Source of the DNA: an uncultured Chloroflexia bacterium
Lineage (GTDB): Bacteria > Chloroflexota > Limnocylindria > Limnocylindrales > CSP1-4
NCBI GenBank assembly: GCA_963721655.1
Contig: CAVRKH010000008.1
Coordinates: 65,026 to 129,025, forward strand
Direction of reading: 5' to 3'
Length of the DNA stretch: 64,000 nt
Shown here: one piece after another, positions 28,599 through 39,380 of the stretch
Layout of the letters: the number at the start of each line of letters is the position of its first letter
Numbering within the stretch: position 1 is the stretch's first letter
Program-made: the position numbers and the translations under genes
Notes under the pieces: generated by a model
What the model was told of the DNA's origin: nothing
The model's database searches: none
The model's input: only the letters and a program-made list of their open reading frames with translations

Positions 28599-31093
28599 GA
28601 GTGCCGCTCTCGTGGCTCAGGGAGTTCGTCGAGTTCGACTTCACGCCCGAACAGCTCGCGGAGCGCCTGACGCTGCTCGGGATGGAGGTCAAGAAGATCG
28701 AGCAGTGGGGCGCCGACTGGCGGAACGTCGTCGTCGGCGAGCTGCTCGCGGTCGAGAAGCACCCGCGCGCCGATCGCCTGTCACTGACGCGCGTAACGAT
28801 CGGCGACGGCGAGCCGCTGGAGATCGTCTGCGGCGCGACGAACATCGCGGTCGGCCAGCGCGTCCCGGTGGCGCTGCCCGGGGCGGTGCTGCCGGGCGAC
28901 CGCCGGATCGAGCGGACCGAGAAGATGGGTGTCGTCTCGAACGGGATGCTGTGCTCGGGCGAGGAGCTCAACCTCACCTCGGACGGCGACGGGATCCTGA
29001 TCCTGCCCGAGACGACCCCGATCGGGACGGCCCTGAGCGAGGTGTACGGCGACGTCGTGCTCGACGTCGACGTCAAGCCGAACCGTGGCGACGCGCTGTC
29101 GATCGTCGGCCTCGCGCGCGAGGTGGCGGCGGTGACCGGCGCGACGGTCGAGCTGCCGCCGGTCGAGCTCGTCGAGTCGGGCCGGCCGACCGCCGAACGG
29201 CTGACGGTGGAGGTCGAGGATCCCGCGTTGTGCCCGCGGTTCGTCGGGCGCTGGGTGAGCGGCGTGACCGTCGGCCCGTCGCCGGACCGCGTCCAGATGC
29301 GGCTGCTGGCCGCCGGTCAGCGGCCCGTGAGCAACGTCGTCGACGCCAGCAACTACGTCATGGTCGAGCTCGGCAAGCCGATCCACACGTTCGATGCCCA
29401 TGCCGTGCACGACGGCCGGATCATCGTGCGCCGCGCGCATCCCGGGGAGCGGCTCCAGACCCTCGACCACATCGAACGCGAGCTCGTTCCGGAGACGCTC
29501 CTCATCGCCGACCCGACCGGTCCGATCGGGATTGCCGGCGTGATGGGCGGAGCGACGACCGAGGTGACCGACGCGACGACCGAGGTGATCGTCGAGTCGG
29601 CGGTGTTCGACCCGGTCAGCGTTCGGCGGACCGCCTTCCACTACGCCCTGCGATCCGAGGCGAGCCTGCGCTTCGAGAAGGGCCAGGAGGTCCGCCTGGC
29701 GCGGATCGGCGCCGACCGGACCGCGCAGCTCGTGGCGTCCTGGGCGGGCGGCGAGGTTGCACCGGGCAGGGTCGACACGAACCCGGTCGAGCCCGAGCCG
29801 GCAACGGTGGCGTTCCGCCCGGCCCGGGTCAACCGCCTCCTCGGCACGGACATTTCGACCGACGAGCAGCGCGACGTCCTGCAACGCGTCGGGATCGCGA
29901 CCGAACCGGCCCCGGCCGGCGTTCGCATTTCGGTCGCTGACGCCCCGCAGCCGCTGGAGACGGTGGCGGGTGACGGCGAGGCCCTCCTCGCGGTCGTTCC
30001 CACCTGGCGACGCGACCTGCACATCGAAGCGGACGTGACCGAAGAGGTCGCCCGGGTTCGCGGCTACGAGGTGATCCCGGGGATCCTGCCGCACACGCCG
30101 ATGCCGCCCTACCGGCCCTCGCCGCTGGAGGTTCGCGACGCGATCCGCGAGACGCTCGCGGGCGCCGGCGTGAGCGAGGTCGTGACGTATGCACTCGTCG
30201 CACCCGACGATCCGGTCCGCTTCGGACCGCGTGACGACGGGGACCTGGCGGGCGAGCCGGAGCAGCGCTCGGGCGGAGGGGTGGTGACCGTCACGAACCC
30301 GCTCTCGAGCCAGCATTCGGTGCTCCGTCAGAGCCTCCTCGGGGGCCTCCTCGAGGTCGTCGGCACGAACCGTCGCCACGGCCGCGACGACGTGGCGGTG
30401 TTCGAGATCGGGAAGGGCTACGGCAAGGCCGACGGCGGCGGGACACGCGAGTGGTGGCGGCTCGGAATCGCGCTCGCCGGCTCGGCGCTGATCCCGTCGT
30501 GGAACCAGCCGTCGCGGCCATACGACCTCGACGACGCCAAGGGCCTGCTCGAGCTGATCTGCCGGCGTCTCGGGTTCGACGCCCCCTCGTACGAACCGCT
30601 GGCGGACGACCCGAACCTCCACCCGGGTCGGACTGCCCGAGCACGGGTCGTTGCGCCCGAGGGCAACCTGGTCGCGGGCCGTGCCGGGGCGCTCCATCCG
30701 GCGCTCGCCGCGGACCTGGACCTGGACGGCCCGGTCGTCGTCGCCGAGCTGGCGATCGTGGGGCTCGCGGGTGGGCTTCTCGCCCCGGCCCGCGGAGCGA
30801 CTCCGCCGCGCCACCCGGCCGTCGAGCGTGACCTCGCGGTCGTCGTCGCAGAGGACCGGCCCGCGGCCGAGGTGGCCGCCTCGCTGCGGCGCCATGGCGG
30901 CGACCTCCTCGAGGCGGTTGAGCTGTTCGACGTGTATCGCGGCCGGCCGCTCGAGGCGACCGACAAGAGCCTCGCCTGGCGGCTGCGGTTCCAGGCACCG
31001 GATCGCACGCTCACCGAGGCCGAGATCGACACCGCGATCGAGGCCATCCACGCCGGACTGGCCGCGGATGTCGGAGGCCGTATTCGAGGCTGA
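28595..31093 (+). CDS. pheT: Phenylalanine--tRNA ligase beta subunit
   Basis: GTG 28595 overlaps the pheS stop (GTGA). VRVPLSWLREFVEF..., the tRNA-binding domain VVVGELLAVEKHPRADRL, and B3/4, B5 and FDX-ACB regions are present. Intact. Confidence 0.9.
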   Translation: MRVPLSWLREFVEFDFTPEQLAERLTLLGMEVKKIEQWGADWRNVVVGELLAVEKHPRADRLSLTRVTIGDGEPLEIVCGATNIAVGQRVPVALPGAVLPGDRRIERTEKMGVVSNGMLCSGEELNLTSDGDGILILPETTPIGTALSEVYGDVVLDVDVKPNRGDALSIVGLAREVAAVTGATVELPPVELVESGRPTAERLTVEVEDPALCPRFVGRWVSGVTVGPSPDRVQMRLLAAGQRPVSNVVDASNYVMVELGKPIHTFDAHAVHDGRIIVRRAHPGERLQTLDHIERELVPETLLIADPTGPIGIAGVMGGATTEVTDATTEVIVESAVFDPVSVRRTAFHYALRSEASLRFEKGQEVRLARIGADRTAQLVASWAGGEVAPGRVDTNPVEPEPATVAFRPARVNRLLGTDISTDEQRDVLQRVGIATEPAPAGVRISVADAPQPLETVAGDGEALLAVVPTWRRDLHIEADVTEEVARVRGYEVIPGILPHTPMPPYRPSPLEVRDAIRETLAGAGVSEVVTYALVAPDDPVRFGPRDDGDLAGEPEQRSGGGVVTVTNPLSSQHSVLRQSLLGGLLEVVGTNRRHGRDDVAVFEIGKGYGKADGGGTREWWRLGIALAGSALIPSWNQPSRPYDLDDAKGLLELICRRLGFDAPSYEPLADDPNLHPGRTARARVVAPEGNLVAGRAGALHPALAADLDLDGPVVVAELAIVGLAGGLLAPARGATPPRHPAVERDLAVVVAEDRPAAEVAASLRRHGGDLLEAVELFDVYRGRPLEATDKSLAWRLRFQAPDRTLTEAEIDTAIEAIHAGLAADVGGRIRG

Positions 31094-31189
31094 GCGGGAC
31101 CTTTGGTCCGGTTGCGGCCGCCGATTGGCCGCTGCTACCCTTGCGCGGCTTCGGCGCCCGTCACAGCCGGGTTCCTTTGAGGTGACTTA

Positions 31190-31777
31190 GTGGATTTCGG
31201 GGCGTTCATCAGCGGCTTGACCTCGTTCGATTTCGTCTTCTTCCTGATCCTGTTCGGCTTCTTCGTGCTCGGCTTCGCGCAGGGCACGATCCGGCGCCTG
31301 CTCGGGCTCGGGGCGCTGATGTTCTCGTTCCTGTTCGCGGCGAACCTCCGTGACCCGCTTGGCGCGTTCCTCGCACAGAACTGGACGCAGTTCCCCGACG
31401 AGTACGCCTACATGATCGGGTTCGGGACGATCTTCCTTGCTTCCTTCATCGCCCTGTCCATCGCGATCCAGAGCTTCTACAAGCCGCAGCCGCTGTTCGA
31501 GAAGGCGCGCTTCGTCGACGAGGTGATCGGCGGCCTGCTGGGCATGCTCGAGGCCGTGCTGCTGTTCATCATCGTCATCATCATTCTCGACTCGTTCTTC
31601 GTCATCCCGGGCATCCCCGAGAGCGGCAACGAGTTGCACTTCCTGCGCGACTTCTGGGTCTGGATGGACGCGGCCCAGGTCACGGCCTTCTTCCGCGAGT
31701 CGATCCTGCCGATCTTCTTCACGCTGTTCGGCCTGTTCGTCCCGGACAACATCGAGCAGATCGTCACAGGCCCGTAG
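31190..31777 (+). CDS. cvpA: CvpA-family membrane protein
   Basis: GTG start. Four or five TM helices. FDFVFFLILFGFFVLGFAQGTIRRLLGL is a typical CvpA N-terminus. Confidence 0.65.
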   Translation: MDFGAFISGLTSFDFVFFLILFGFFVLGFAQGTIRRLLGLGALMFSFLFAANLRDPLGAFLAQNWTQFPDEYAYMIGFGTIFLASFIALSIAIQSFYKPQPLFEKARFVDEVIGGLLGMLEAVLLFIIVIIILDSFFVIPGIPESGNELHFLRDFWVWMDAAQVTAFFRESILPIFFTLFGLFVPDNIEQIVTGP

Positions 31778-31778
31778 C

Positions 31779-32447
31779 CTGACCGTCGTCGACCGAGCGC
31801 TCCTCGCCGGCCCCACGCTCGAGGCCGCCCGAGGCCTGCTCGGCACGCGACTCGTCCGCGATGACGAGACGGGCTTCCGGTCCGGGCGGATCGTCGAGGT
31901 CGAGGCCTACATCGGCGTCGACGACCGGGCATCGCACGCACGCTTCGGGCCGACCACCCGCAACCGGCCGATGTTCGGGCCGCCCGGCCATGCCTACGTG
32001 TACCTTGTCTACGGGATGTACGACTGCCTCAACATCGTCACCGAGCCGCCGGGCAGCCCGGCCGCGGTCCTCGTGCGCGCGGTCGAGCCGCTCGAGGGCC
32101 TGGACCTGATGCGTCAGAGCCGGGCGGCCCTGCATGCGACCCGCCGGAAGGCCACGCCCGGGGAGCCGGCGGTGACCGTCCGGGGCCTGCCGGATCACCG
32201 CCTGGCGAGCGGGCCGGGCCTCGTGGCGGCCGCCTTCGGGATCGACGTCACGTGGACCGGCACGGACCTGTGCGACGCGGGATCGCCATTGCGGCTGGAG
32301 GCACGGCCGGCGGACGAGCCAGCACCGTCCGTCCGCGCCACGCCGCGGATCGGCATTGCCTACGCCGGTGCGCCGTGGACCGACCACGCATGGCGGTTCG
32401 TGATCGCGGGTCATCCCTCGGCGTCCGGGCCGGCCGCCCTGCGCTGA
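31779..32447 (+). CDS. mpg: DNA-3-methyladenine glycosylase (Mpg/AAG family); start codon unresolved
   Basis: GRIVEVEAYIGVDDRASHARFGPTTRNRPMFGPPGHAYVYLVYGMYDCLNIV is the Mpg core. Conservation extends upstream of the first ATG (31971), with no ATG, GTG or TTG in frame back to CTG 31779. Confidence 0.7.
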   Translation: MTVVDRALLAGPTLEAARGLLGTRLVRDDETGFRSGRIVEVEAYIGVDDRASHARFGPTTRNRPMFGPPGHAYVYLVYGMYDCLNIVTEPPGSPAAVLVRAVEPLEGLDLMRQSRAALHATRRKATPGEPAVTVRGLPDHRLASGPGLVAAAFGIDVTWTGTDLCDAGSPLRLEARPADEPAPSVRATPRIGIAYAGAPWTDHAWRFVIAGHPSASGPAALR

Positions 32448-32463
32448 GGCGCGGCCCGACCCG

Positions 32464-34818
32464 ATGGACAGCCGCTCGATCGCGCTCCTCGAGTTCCCGC
32501 AGGTCCGCGAGCGCCTCGCCGAGCTGACCCAGTTCGGTCCGTCGCGTCGGCTCGCCGAGGGCCTCGAGCCGTCGAGCGACCCGGTGATCGTGGCGCGCGG
32601 CCTCGACGAGACCGACCAGGCACGGGCGCTGCTCGAGGATCGACCCGGGGTCGGGATCGGGGCGGCGCACGACATCGGGCCGTGGGTCGAACGCGCGGCT
32701 CGTGGCGGCCGCCTCGATGCGGCCCACTTCCTCGAGATCGCCGAGACGCTCGACGCGACCTCGCGGCTCGCCACGTCGCTCGCCGACGAGCGGCGGCCGC
32801 TGCTCCGCGAGCTCGGGCGCGAGCTGCATCCGTTGCCCGCGGTCCGCTCGACGCTCGCGCGAAGCTTCGACCCGGTCGGCGAGCTGCTCGACACCGCGTC
32901 GCCGCGGCTCGGCGGGCTCCGGGCGGCGGTGCGCGTCGCGTACGACCGCCTCCGGCGACGGCTCGACGCGCTGGTTGGCGCGGAGCTGGGCTCGGCGCTC
33001 CAGGAGCCCATCGTGACGCTTCGCAACGGGCGCTACGTCGTCCCGGTCAAGGCCGAGGCGCGGAGCCGGGTCAAGGGCATCGTCCACGACGCGTCGGGCA
33101 GCGGCCAGACGCTGTTCATTGAGCCGCTCGTCGCCGTCGAGCTGGGCAACGCCTGGCGCGAAGCGCAGGTCGCGGAGCACGAGGAGATCGCCCGGATCCT
33201 CGACGAGCTGTCGGCGCTCGTCGGCGCCAACGCCCCGGCGCTGCGCGAGACGCTCGACGCGCTGGCCCGGTTCGACTTCTGGGCGGCGAAGGCCCAGCTG
33301 GCCGGCGACATGGGCGCCGTCCGGGCCGAGACCACGGACCGTGCCGAGATCGAGCTCCTGTCCGCTCGCCACCCGGGCCTGACCGGCCGCGTCGTCCCGA
33401 TCGACGCGCGCCTCGGCGGCGACTACACGGCGCTCGTCGTGACCGGCCCGAACACCGGCGGCAAGACCGTCACGCTGCGCACGCTCGGGCTGCTCGCGTT
33501 GATGCACCAGGCCGGGCTCCACATCCCGGCCGCCGCCGGCAGCCGCCTGCCGGTCCTGCGCGACGTGTTCGCCGACATCGGCGACGAACAGTCGATCGCC
33601 CAGTCGCTCTCGACGTTCTCCGGGCACCTGCGCTCGATCGTGCGGATCGTGGAAGAGGCCGGTCCGGGCACGCTCGTGCTGCTCGACGAGCTCGGCGCCG
33701 GCACGGACCCGACCGAGGGCTCGGCGCTGGCACAGGCGCTGCTCGATCACTTCATCGCCGCGGGCGCGCTGGTGGCCGCCACGACCCACTACGCCGAGCT
33801 GAAGGCGTATGCCCACACCACGGCCGGGGCGCGGAACGCGGCCGTCGAGTTCGACCTCGAGACCCTGACACCGACGTACCGGCTGACGATCGGGCTGCCC
33901 GGTGGCAGCCAGGCGTTCGCGATCGCCGAACGGCTGGGGTTGCCGGACGCGATCGTGGCCGACGCCCGGTCGCACCTGACCGAGTCGCAGCGCACGTTCG
34001 AGGCGACCCTCGCCGCGATCCGCGAGACCGAGGGCGCGACCAGCGACGCCCTGGAGCGCGCGCGGGCGGCGGAGGCTCGTGCGGCCGATGCCCTGCGGGT
34101 GGCCGAGGAGGAACGGCGCCGCGCACGGCGCGAACGCGACGAGGCGGTGCGGGCGGCGCGCTCGGAGGCGGAACAGCTCGTCGACGAGCTCCGTGACGAG
34201 GTCCGCACGACGAAGCGCACGCTCGAGCGCGAGACCGTCACCGCACCCGCCCTCGATGCCGCGCTCGAGCGCGCCGAGGGGACGCTGGCGCGACTGCCCG
34301 AAGCCGAGGCGCAGGCGCCGCCGGCCGATGAGCCGGCGGAACCGCACACGTGGCGGATCGGGGAGCGGGCACGCAGCGTATCGGCGGGCTGGGAGGGCCG
34401 TATCGCCGCGCTCGAACGGGGCGGCCGCCGGGTCACGCTCGAAACTGGCGGCATGCGCGTCACGGTGGCCGCCGAGGACCTCGTGCCCGCCGTCGAGACG
34501 GTGTCGCGGGCGGGATCTGACGGGGGAGGGGAGGCGCCATCCAACATCGGGGCGCTCCGGCTCGGACGCGCACGGGCTGTCGCCTCGTCCCTCGACCTGC
34601 GCGGCGCGCGCGTCGAGGAGGCGCTCGAGACGCTGGACCGCTACCTCGACGACGCCGCGCTGGCGGGAATGAGCCGCGTGACGATCATCCACGGCCTGGG
34701 GACAGGCGCCTTGCGCGACGCCGTCCGTGCCGAGGCCGGCGGCAATCCGCTGGTGAAGTCGATCCGCCCCGGCGAGCGGGGCGAGGGCGGCGACGGGGCG
34801 ACGATCGTCGAGCTCTAG
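32464..34818 (+). CDS. mutS2: Endonuclease MutS2 (with C-terminal Smr domain)
   Basis: Intact 784-aa ORF. Walker A VVTGPNTGGKT, DELGAGTDPTEG, a coiled-coil region, and a C-terminal Smr domain (LDLRGARVEEALETLDRYLDDA...IIHGLGTGALR). Confidence 0.85.
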   Translation: MDSRSIALLEFPQVRERLAELTQFGPSRRLAEGLEPSSDPVIVARGLDETDQARALLEDRPGVGIGAAHDIGPWVERAARGGRLDAAHFLEIAETLDATSRLATSLADERRPLLRELGRELHPLPAVRSTLARSFDPVGELLDTASPRLGGLRAAVRVAYDRLRRRLDALVGAELGSALQEPIVTLRNGRYVVPVKAEARSRVKGIVHDASGSGQTLFIEPLVAVELGNAWREAQVAEHEEIARILDELSALVGANAPALRETLDALARFDFWAAKAQLAGDMGAVRAETTDRAEIELLSARHPGLTGRVVPIDARLGGDYTALVVTGPNTGGKTVTLRTLGLLALMHQAGLHIPAAAGSRLPVLRDVFADIGDEQSIAQSLSTFSGHLRSIVRIVEEAGPGTLVLLDELGAGTDPTEGSALAQALLDHFIAAGALVAATTHYAELKAYAHTTAGARNAAVEFDLETLTPTYRLTIGLPGGSQAFAIAERLGLPDAIVADARSHLTESQRTFEATLAAIRETEGATSDALERARAAEARAADALRVAEEERRRARRERDEAVRAARSEAEQLVDELRDEVRTTKRTLERETVTAPALDAALERAEGTLARLPEAEAQAPPADEPAEPHTWRIGERARSVSAGWEGRIAALERGGRRVTLETGGMRVTVAAEDLVPAVETVSRAGSDGGGEAPSNIGALRLGRARAVASSLDLRGARVEEALETLDRYLDDAALAGMSRVTIIHGLGTGALRDAVRAEAGGNPLVKSIRPGERGEGGDGATIVEL

Positions 34819-34831
34819 GCAGCCGAACCCG

Positions 34832-37541
34832 TTAGTTGTTGCCGTTGCCGCCGCCCGGCTTGTTGGTCTTGTCCGGTCCCGGCGGTTCCTCGCCGTTGGG
34901 CGGGCAGAGGAGCGGGATCAGCGCATCGCACGTCGGCGGCGGCGGCGGCGTTTCAACAGGGGCCAGCGGGCACCGCCTCGTCGGGGCGAACCGCGCGCCC
35001 CACGTCCGACCGAACGGCGCGAACCGCCCGTCGGCGAAGTAGCTCGTGCGGGTGCCCCCGGGTCCGCGGACCCCGACACCGATGGCGGCGCGAGCCGCCC
35101 AGTTGCGGTTGGCCTTCTGCCAGTTCGGGAAGTTGGCCTCGACCTCCGAGAGGTCCATGAAGCCGCGCGTGACCCGCGGACCGACGCAGCCGTCCTGCCA
35201 GAGCAGGCCCGTCGCCGCATCGACGTCGAGCGCGACCCGGAAGTCTTCCTTCTTCTTGGGCACCGTGCCCTTGATGAAGTACTCCGTCCACGGTCTTCGT
35301 GCTGAACGGGCCCGGGCGGCGGCCGGTGAATGCGTCGACCTCGACCTTCTCGAGACCGGGCGGCGCCTTGAACTTGGCGATCGGCAGGTCCTTGCTGACG
35401 TCCTGCATGATCGACGACCACAACGGCGCGGCGGCATCCAGCGACAGGATCCGCATCGGCTGGCTGTTGCTGTTGCCCATCCACACCCCGACGACCAGGG
35501 CCTGTGCCTTCTTGTCCTTCGGCGGGGCGAGGTAGCCGTAGGCATGGACGTCCTTGTTGTCGCTTGTCGTGCCCGTCTTGTAGGCAGCCGGCCGGCGGGT
35601 CTTGCCGTCGTACACCGCCCAGCGACCCCAGTACGGGTTGATCTTCATCTGGGTGTTGCCGGCGAGGATGTCGGTCATGATGTACGCCGCCTGGCGGCTG
35701 ATCACGCGCTCGCCTTCGATCTGCGTGTCGGGCTGTGGCCAGACCTGCTGGTCCTTGTCGTCCAGCACCTTGAGCAGGGTGGTGCGCGGCATCTTGACGC
35801 CGCCGTTGGCGATCGTGCCGTAGCCCGTGATCATGTCGATCGGGTGCGTCTCGAGCGTGCCGATGCCCATCGACAGCACCGGCGCGGTCCCGGACTGGTA
35901 CTGGATCCCGAAGTCCTGGTCGCGCTCGAAGATGTGGTCGAGGCCGCTGATCAGCGTCTGCTTGATGGCCGGAATGTTGAGCGAGAACTGGAGCGCCGAG
36001 CGGAGGCGGACCGGGCCGCGCTCGAGCTTGTCGGCCTGGATCGGTGTGAACTTGTTCCCGAAGTTCGTGAAGACGTCCATGAACATCGTGGCCGCGGTCA
36101 CGGTCTTGTCGTCGATGCCGATCGCGTAGTTGATCGGCTTGATCGACGATCCGGGCTGGCGCCAGCCATCGGCGAGCACGTCGAACTGCGGCTGGAAGCG
36201 CTTCGAACCCTTGGCGGTGTAGCTGGCGCTTCCCGCGTAGGCCAGGACCTGGCCGGTCCGGTAGTCCATCACCGCCGCGGCCGCGTTGTTGATCCGTTTG
36301 CCGCGCAACGCGAGGATCCACGAGTAATCGTTGGCCGGGATCTTCTGGCGTTTGAGGAACGCACGGGTGGCAGCCACGCTCTTGGCGTTCGGGGCGCGGC
36401 CGGCGGTGTAGACCCACTTCTCGGTCTTGCGCTGCATCTTCCAGTCGAGCGTCGTGATGACCTTGTAGCCGCCGGTGTCGATCAGCTCGCAGTCGTCGGG
36501 CGAGTCGGGGCAGAGGTACGCACCGAGCTCGCGGCGGACCTGCCACACGAAGTGCGCGGCACGCCAGGTGTCGGCGGCACGCGGCGTGAGCACGACGCGC
36601 TCCTGCTTGGCCTGCTCGTATTCCAGGGGGGTGTGGTTGTCGCCGGAACGCGGGCTGTTCGCCTTCATCAGCTCGAGGATGTGGTTCCGCCGGACGACGA
36701 TCTCGCTATCGGCGGGGACGACCAGCTCGAAGTCCTCGCAATCCTCCTCGACCTCCTCGGAGGTGCACACCTGCTCGGCGTTCTTCATGAGGTTGAAGCT
36801 CGTCGGCGACTGCGGGATCCCGGCAAGGATCGCGTACTGCGCGAGCGTCAGCTCGCCCATCGGCTTGCCGAAGTAGCCGTAGGCCGCGGCCTGCACGCCG
36901 TAGGTGTTGTTGCCGTAGAAGCTGTTGTTCAGGTAGGCGGTGATGATCGTCTTCTTGCCTTCCTCACCGGGAAAGGCCTCGGTGAGCTTGGCCGACTGGA
37001 TGATCTCGCGCAGCTTGCGCTCGTACGTCTCGCCCTCGAAGGCCCAGTCGGGGAGCAGGCGGTCGCGGACGAGCTGCTGGGTGATCGTCGAGGCGCCGCG
37101 TGGACGCCCGGAAATGGTGTCGAGGCCGGCTGACAGGATGCCGATCGGGTCGAAGCCCGGGTTCGTCCAGAACTCCTGGTCCTCGATCGCGGTCGTCGCA
37201 TCGAGCATCTCGCCCGGGATGTCGTCGAACCCGATGACCTCGCGGCGGAGGGAGCCGAGTCGAGCGAGCTCGACCTTGCCCGTCCGGTCATAGACGATCG
37301 AGGGCTGGTCGAAGTCGAGCTTGTTGAGGATCTCCTCGGGGTCGGGCAGGCCGGTGGCGTACTGGTTGTACACGCCCACGGCAAACACGACGCCAACGAA
37401 CCCGGCGAGGAATGCCAGGGTGACGAGGATGATGGGGATCGCGATGAGGATGCGGCGGACCGTTTTCGATCCACCAGAGGCCTGGGGGCGCCGGTGGATC
37501 GTTCGGCGATGCCGTTGGCGCCGCGCGAGGCTTGTTTGCAT
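34832..37541 (-). CDS. Class A penicillin-binding protein, PBP1A-type (frameshift ~35285)
   Basis: N-terminal TM helix. Glycosyltransferase motifs (AIEDQEFW, RGASTITQQL). Transpeptidase motifs (SSIKP, KTGTT). The C-terminal 150 aa continue in ORF 34832-35545 (EYFIKGTVPKKKEDF...PPPPPTCDALIPLLCPP...GGGNGNN). Confidence 0.85.
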
Positions 37542-37621
37542 CTACGATCGGGACGATAGCATAAGGTGGTGTGTAATCCGGTTTGGTCCTCCGGGGTCGA
37601 GACGACCCAGACGTCCGACCT

Positions 37622-38931
37622 GTGACGGCTGAGCCCGTCTCGGCCGGCTCCGGGCTGGCCGCGCTGCTCCCGGAGCTCGAGTGGCGCGGCATCCTCCAGG
37701 CGACCACGCCGGGGCTCCCGGACCGCCTCGCGAGCGGTCGTCCAGATCGCCGGCTACATCGGGTTCGACCCCTCCGCGCCGTCGCTCCACGTCGGGCATC
37801 TCGTGCCGATCTTCGGGCTGCTGCGGCTGCAGCGGTTCGGCGGCCGGCCCGTCGCGGTGGTCGGTGGCGGGACCGGGATGATCGGCGACCCGTCGGGTCG
37901 ATCCAGCGAGCGGAACCTCCTTGACCGCGAGACGCTCGAAGCAAACGTGAGCTCGATCCGCTCGCAGCTCGAGCGGTTCCTCGACTTCGGCGCCGGCCAG
38001 GGCGGCGCGCTGATGGTCAACAACCTCGACTGGCTGGGCGAGTTCACCCTGATCGAGTTCCTGCGCGACGTCGGGAAGCACTTCACGGTCCCGTACATGC
38101 TCGCCAAGGACTCCGTCCAGGTGCGGCTCGACCGCGGCCTGTCGTTCACGGAGTTCAGCTACATGCTGCTGCAGGCGGCGGATTTCGAGCACCTGCACCG
38201 GACGATGGGCGTCGAGCTGCAGATGGGCGGCGCCGACCAGTGGGGCAACATCACGGCCGGTCTCGAGCTGATCCGCCGGCGGGGCGGGGTCGAGGAGGGA
38301 GGGGCCGACCCTGCGCATGGCCTGGCCTACAAGCTCCTGCTCTCGCCGTCGGGCGCGAAGTTCGGCAAGAGCGAGGGCGGCGAGTCGGTCTGGCTCGATC
38401 CCGGGCGGACCTCGCCGTTCGCGTTCTACCAGTACTGGCTCAACACCGACGACCGGGACGTGGGAACGTACCTGCGCTGGTTCACCGAGCTCCCGCGCGA
38501 GGAGATCGAACGGCTCGAGGCCTCGCTCGCATCACGGCCGGAGGCGCGCGCAGGCGCAGCGGGCGCTGGCCCGCGACATCACGACGCGAACGCACGGGTC
38601 CGAGGCGGCCACGTCGGCCGAGCAGCAGGCGGCGTCCGTCTTCGAGCGCGGGCTGGTGCAGCTGGGACCGGACGAGTTCGCTGCAGCCGCGGCCGAGCTG
38701 CCGCGCGTGACGCTGGCGGTGGAGCCCTCGTGGACGGCGGCAGGGACAGCGGTCGCGAGCGGCGCTGCGTCCTCCAACGGCGAGGCGCGGAGGCTGGTGT
38801 CGCAGGGCGGCCTGTACATCAACGACGTGCGCATTACCGACCCGAATGCGCCGCTGCCGGAGCCGCTCCACGGTCGCTACTGGGTGATCCGAACCGGCAA
38901 GAAGAACACCCGGATCCTCGAACGCGCCTGA
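37622..38931 (+). CDS. tyrS: Tyrosine--tRNA ligase (two frameshifts, ~37735 and ~38545)
   Basis: [15 protein letters not shown] / [19 protein letters not shown] (HIGH) ... KFGKSEG (KMSKS) / the S4-like C-terminus [21 protein letters not shown]. These lie in three frames. Confidence 0.85.
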
Positions 38932-38981
38932 CGGCGTGATCGTGTCCATGACGCGCACCGGCAGCTTCAGGAGGCCCGTTC

Positions 38982-39380
38982 TCAGCCCTTGGGCTGAACC
39001 ATCGCGAGGACGTTCCCGCTCGGGTCGATGAACCATGCCGCCCAGGAGTGGCCCATATCGGCGATGCCGTCGTGCGTGACCGGATCGGGTGCCGTGTACT
39101 CCTCGATGCGGACGCCGCGGGAGCGGAGATCGGCGATCGCGGACGGCAAATCCGGAACGCGCCAGGCCATCTGTGTCTGGGTATCGCTCGTGCCCACGGT
39201 GCTGAGGGTCACGGCGAGTTGGGTCCCGCCACCGCAGCGAAAGACGATCCGATCGTCCTTGTCCTCGCGCAGGATCTCGAGGCCCAGGGTGTCGCTATAG
39301 AACGTCCGGGTGGCGTCGAGATCGGTCGACAGCAGGATCGGAAACACCGGGTGGTCGCTCAGCATCGAGACGTCCTCCAT
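38982..39380 (-). CDS. VOC (glyoxalase/bleomycin-resistance) family protein
   Basis: A 132-aa core from ATG 39380. FPILLSTDLDATRTFYSDTLGLEI...AWFIDPSGNVLAMVQ. The upstream part of track ORF 38982-39782 is Arg/Pro-rich and non-coding-like. Confidence 0.7.
   Translation of the reverse strand: MEDVSMLSDHPVFPILLSTDLDATRTFYSDTLGLEILREDKDDRIVFRCGGGTQLAVTLSTVGTSDTQTQMAWRVPDLPSAIADLRSRGVRIEEYTAPDPVTHDGIADMGHSWAAWFIDPSGNVLAMVQPKG

Noticed and set aside
28781-31051. A 756-aa ORF antisense to pheT, and a 442-aa plus-strand off-frame ORF (28612-29940)
   Set aside because: pheT is intact and strongly conserved on the plus strand in another frame. The alternative ORFs have Arg/Asp/Gly-rich low-information sequence.
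32248-34692. An 814-aa ORF antisense to mutS2
   Set aside because: This is the same kind of GC artefact. MutS2, with Walker A and an Smr domain, occupies the opposite strand.
35046-37133. A 695-aa plus-strand ORF opposite the PBP gene
   Set aside because: It is antisense to a clearly conserved class A PBP and has no motifs of its own.
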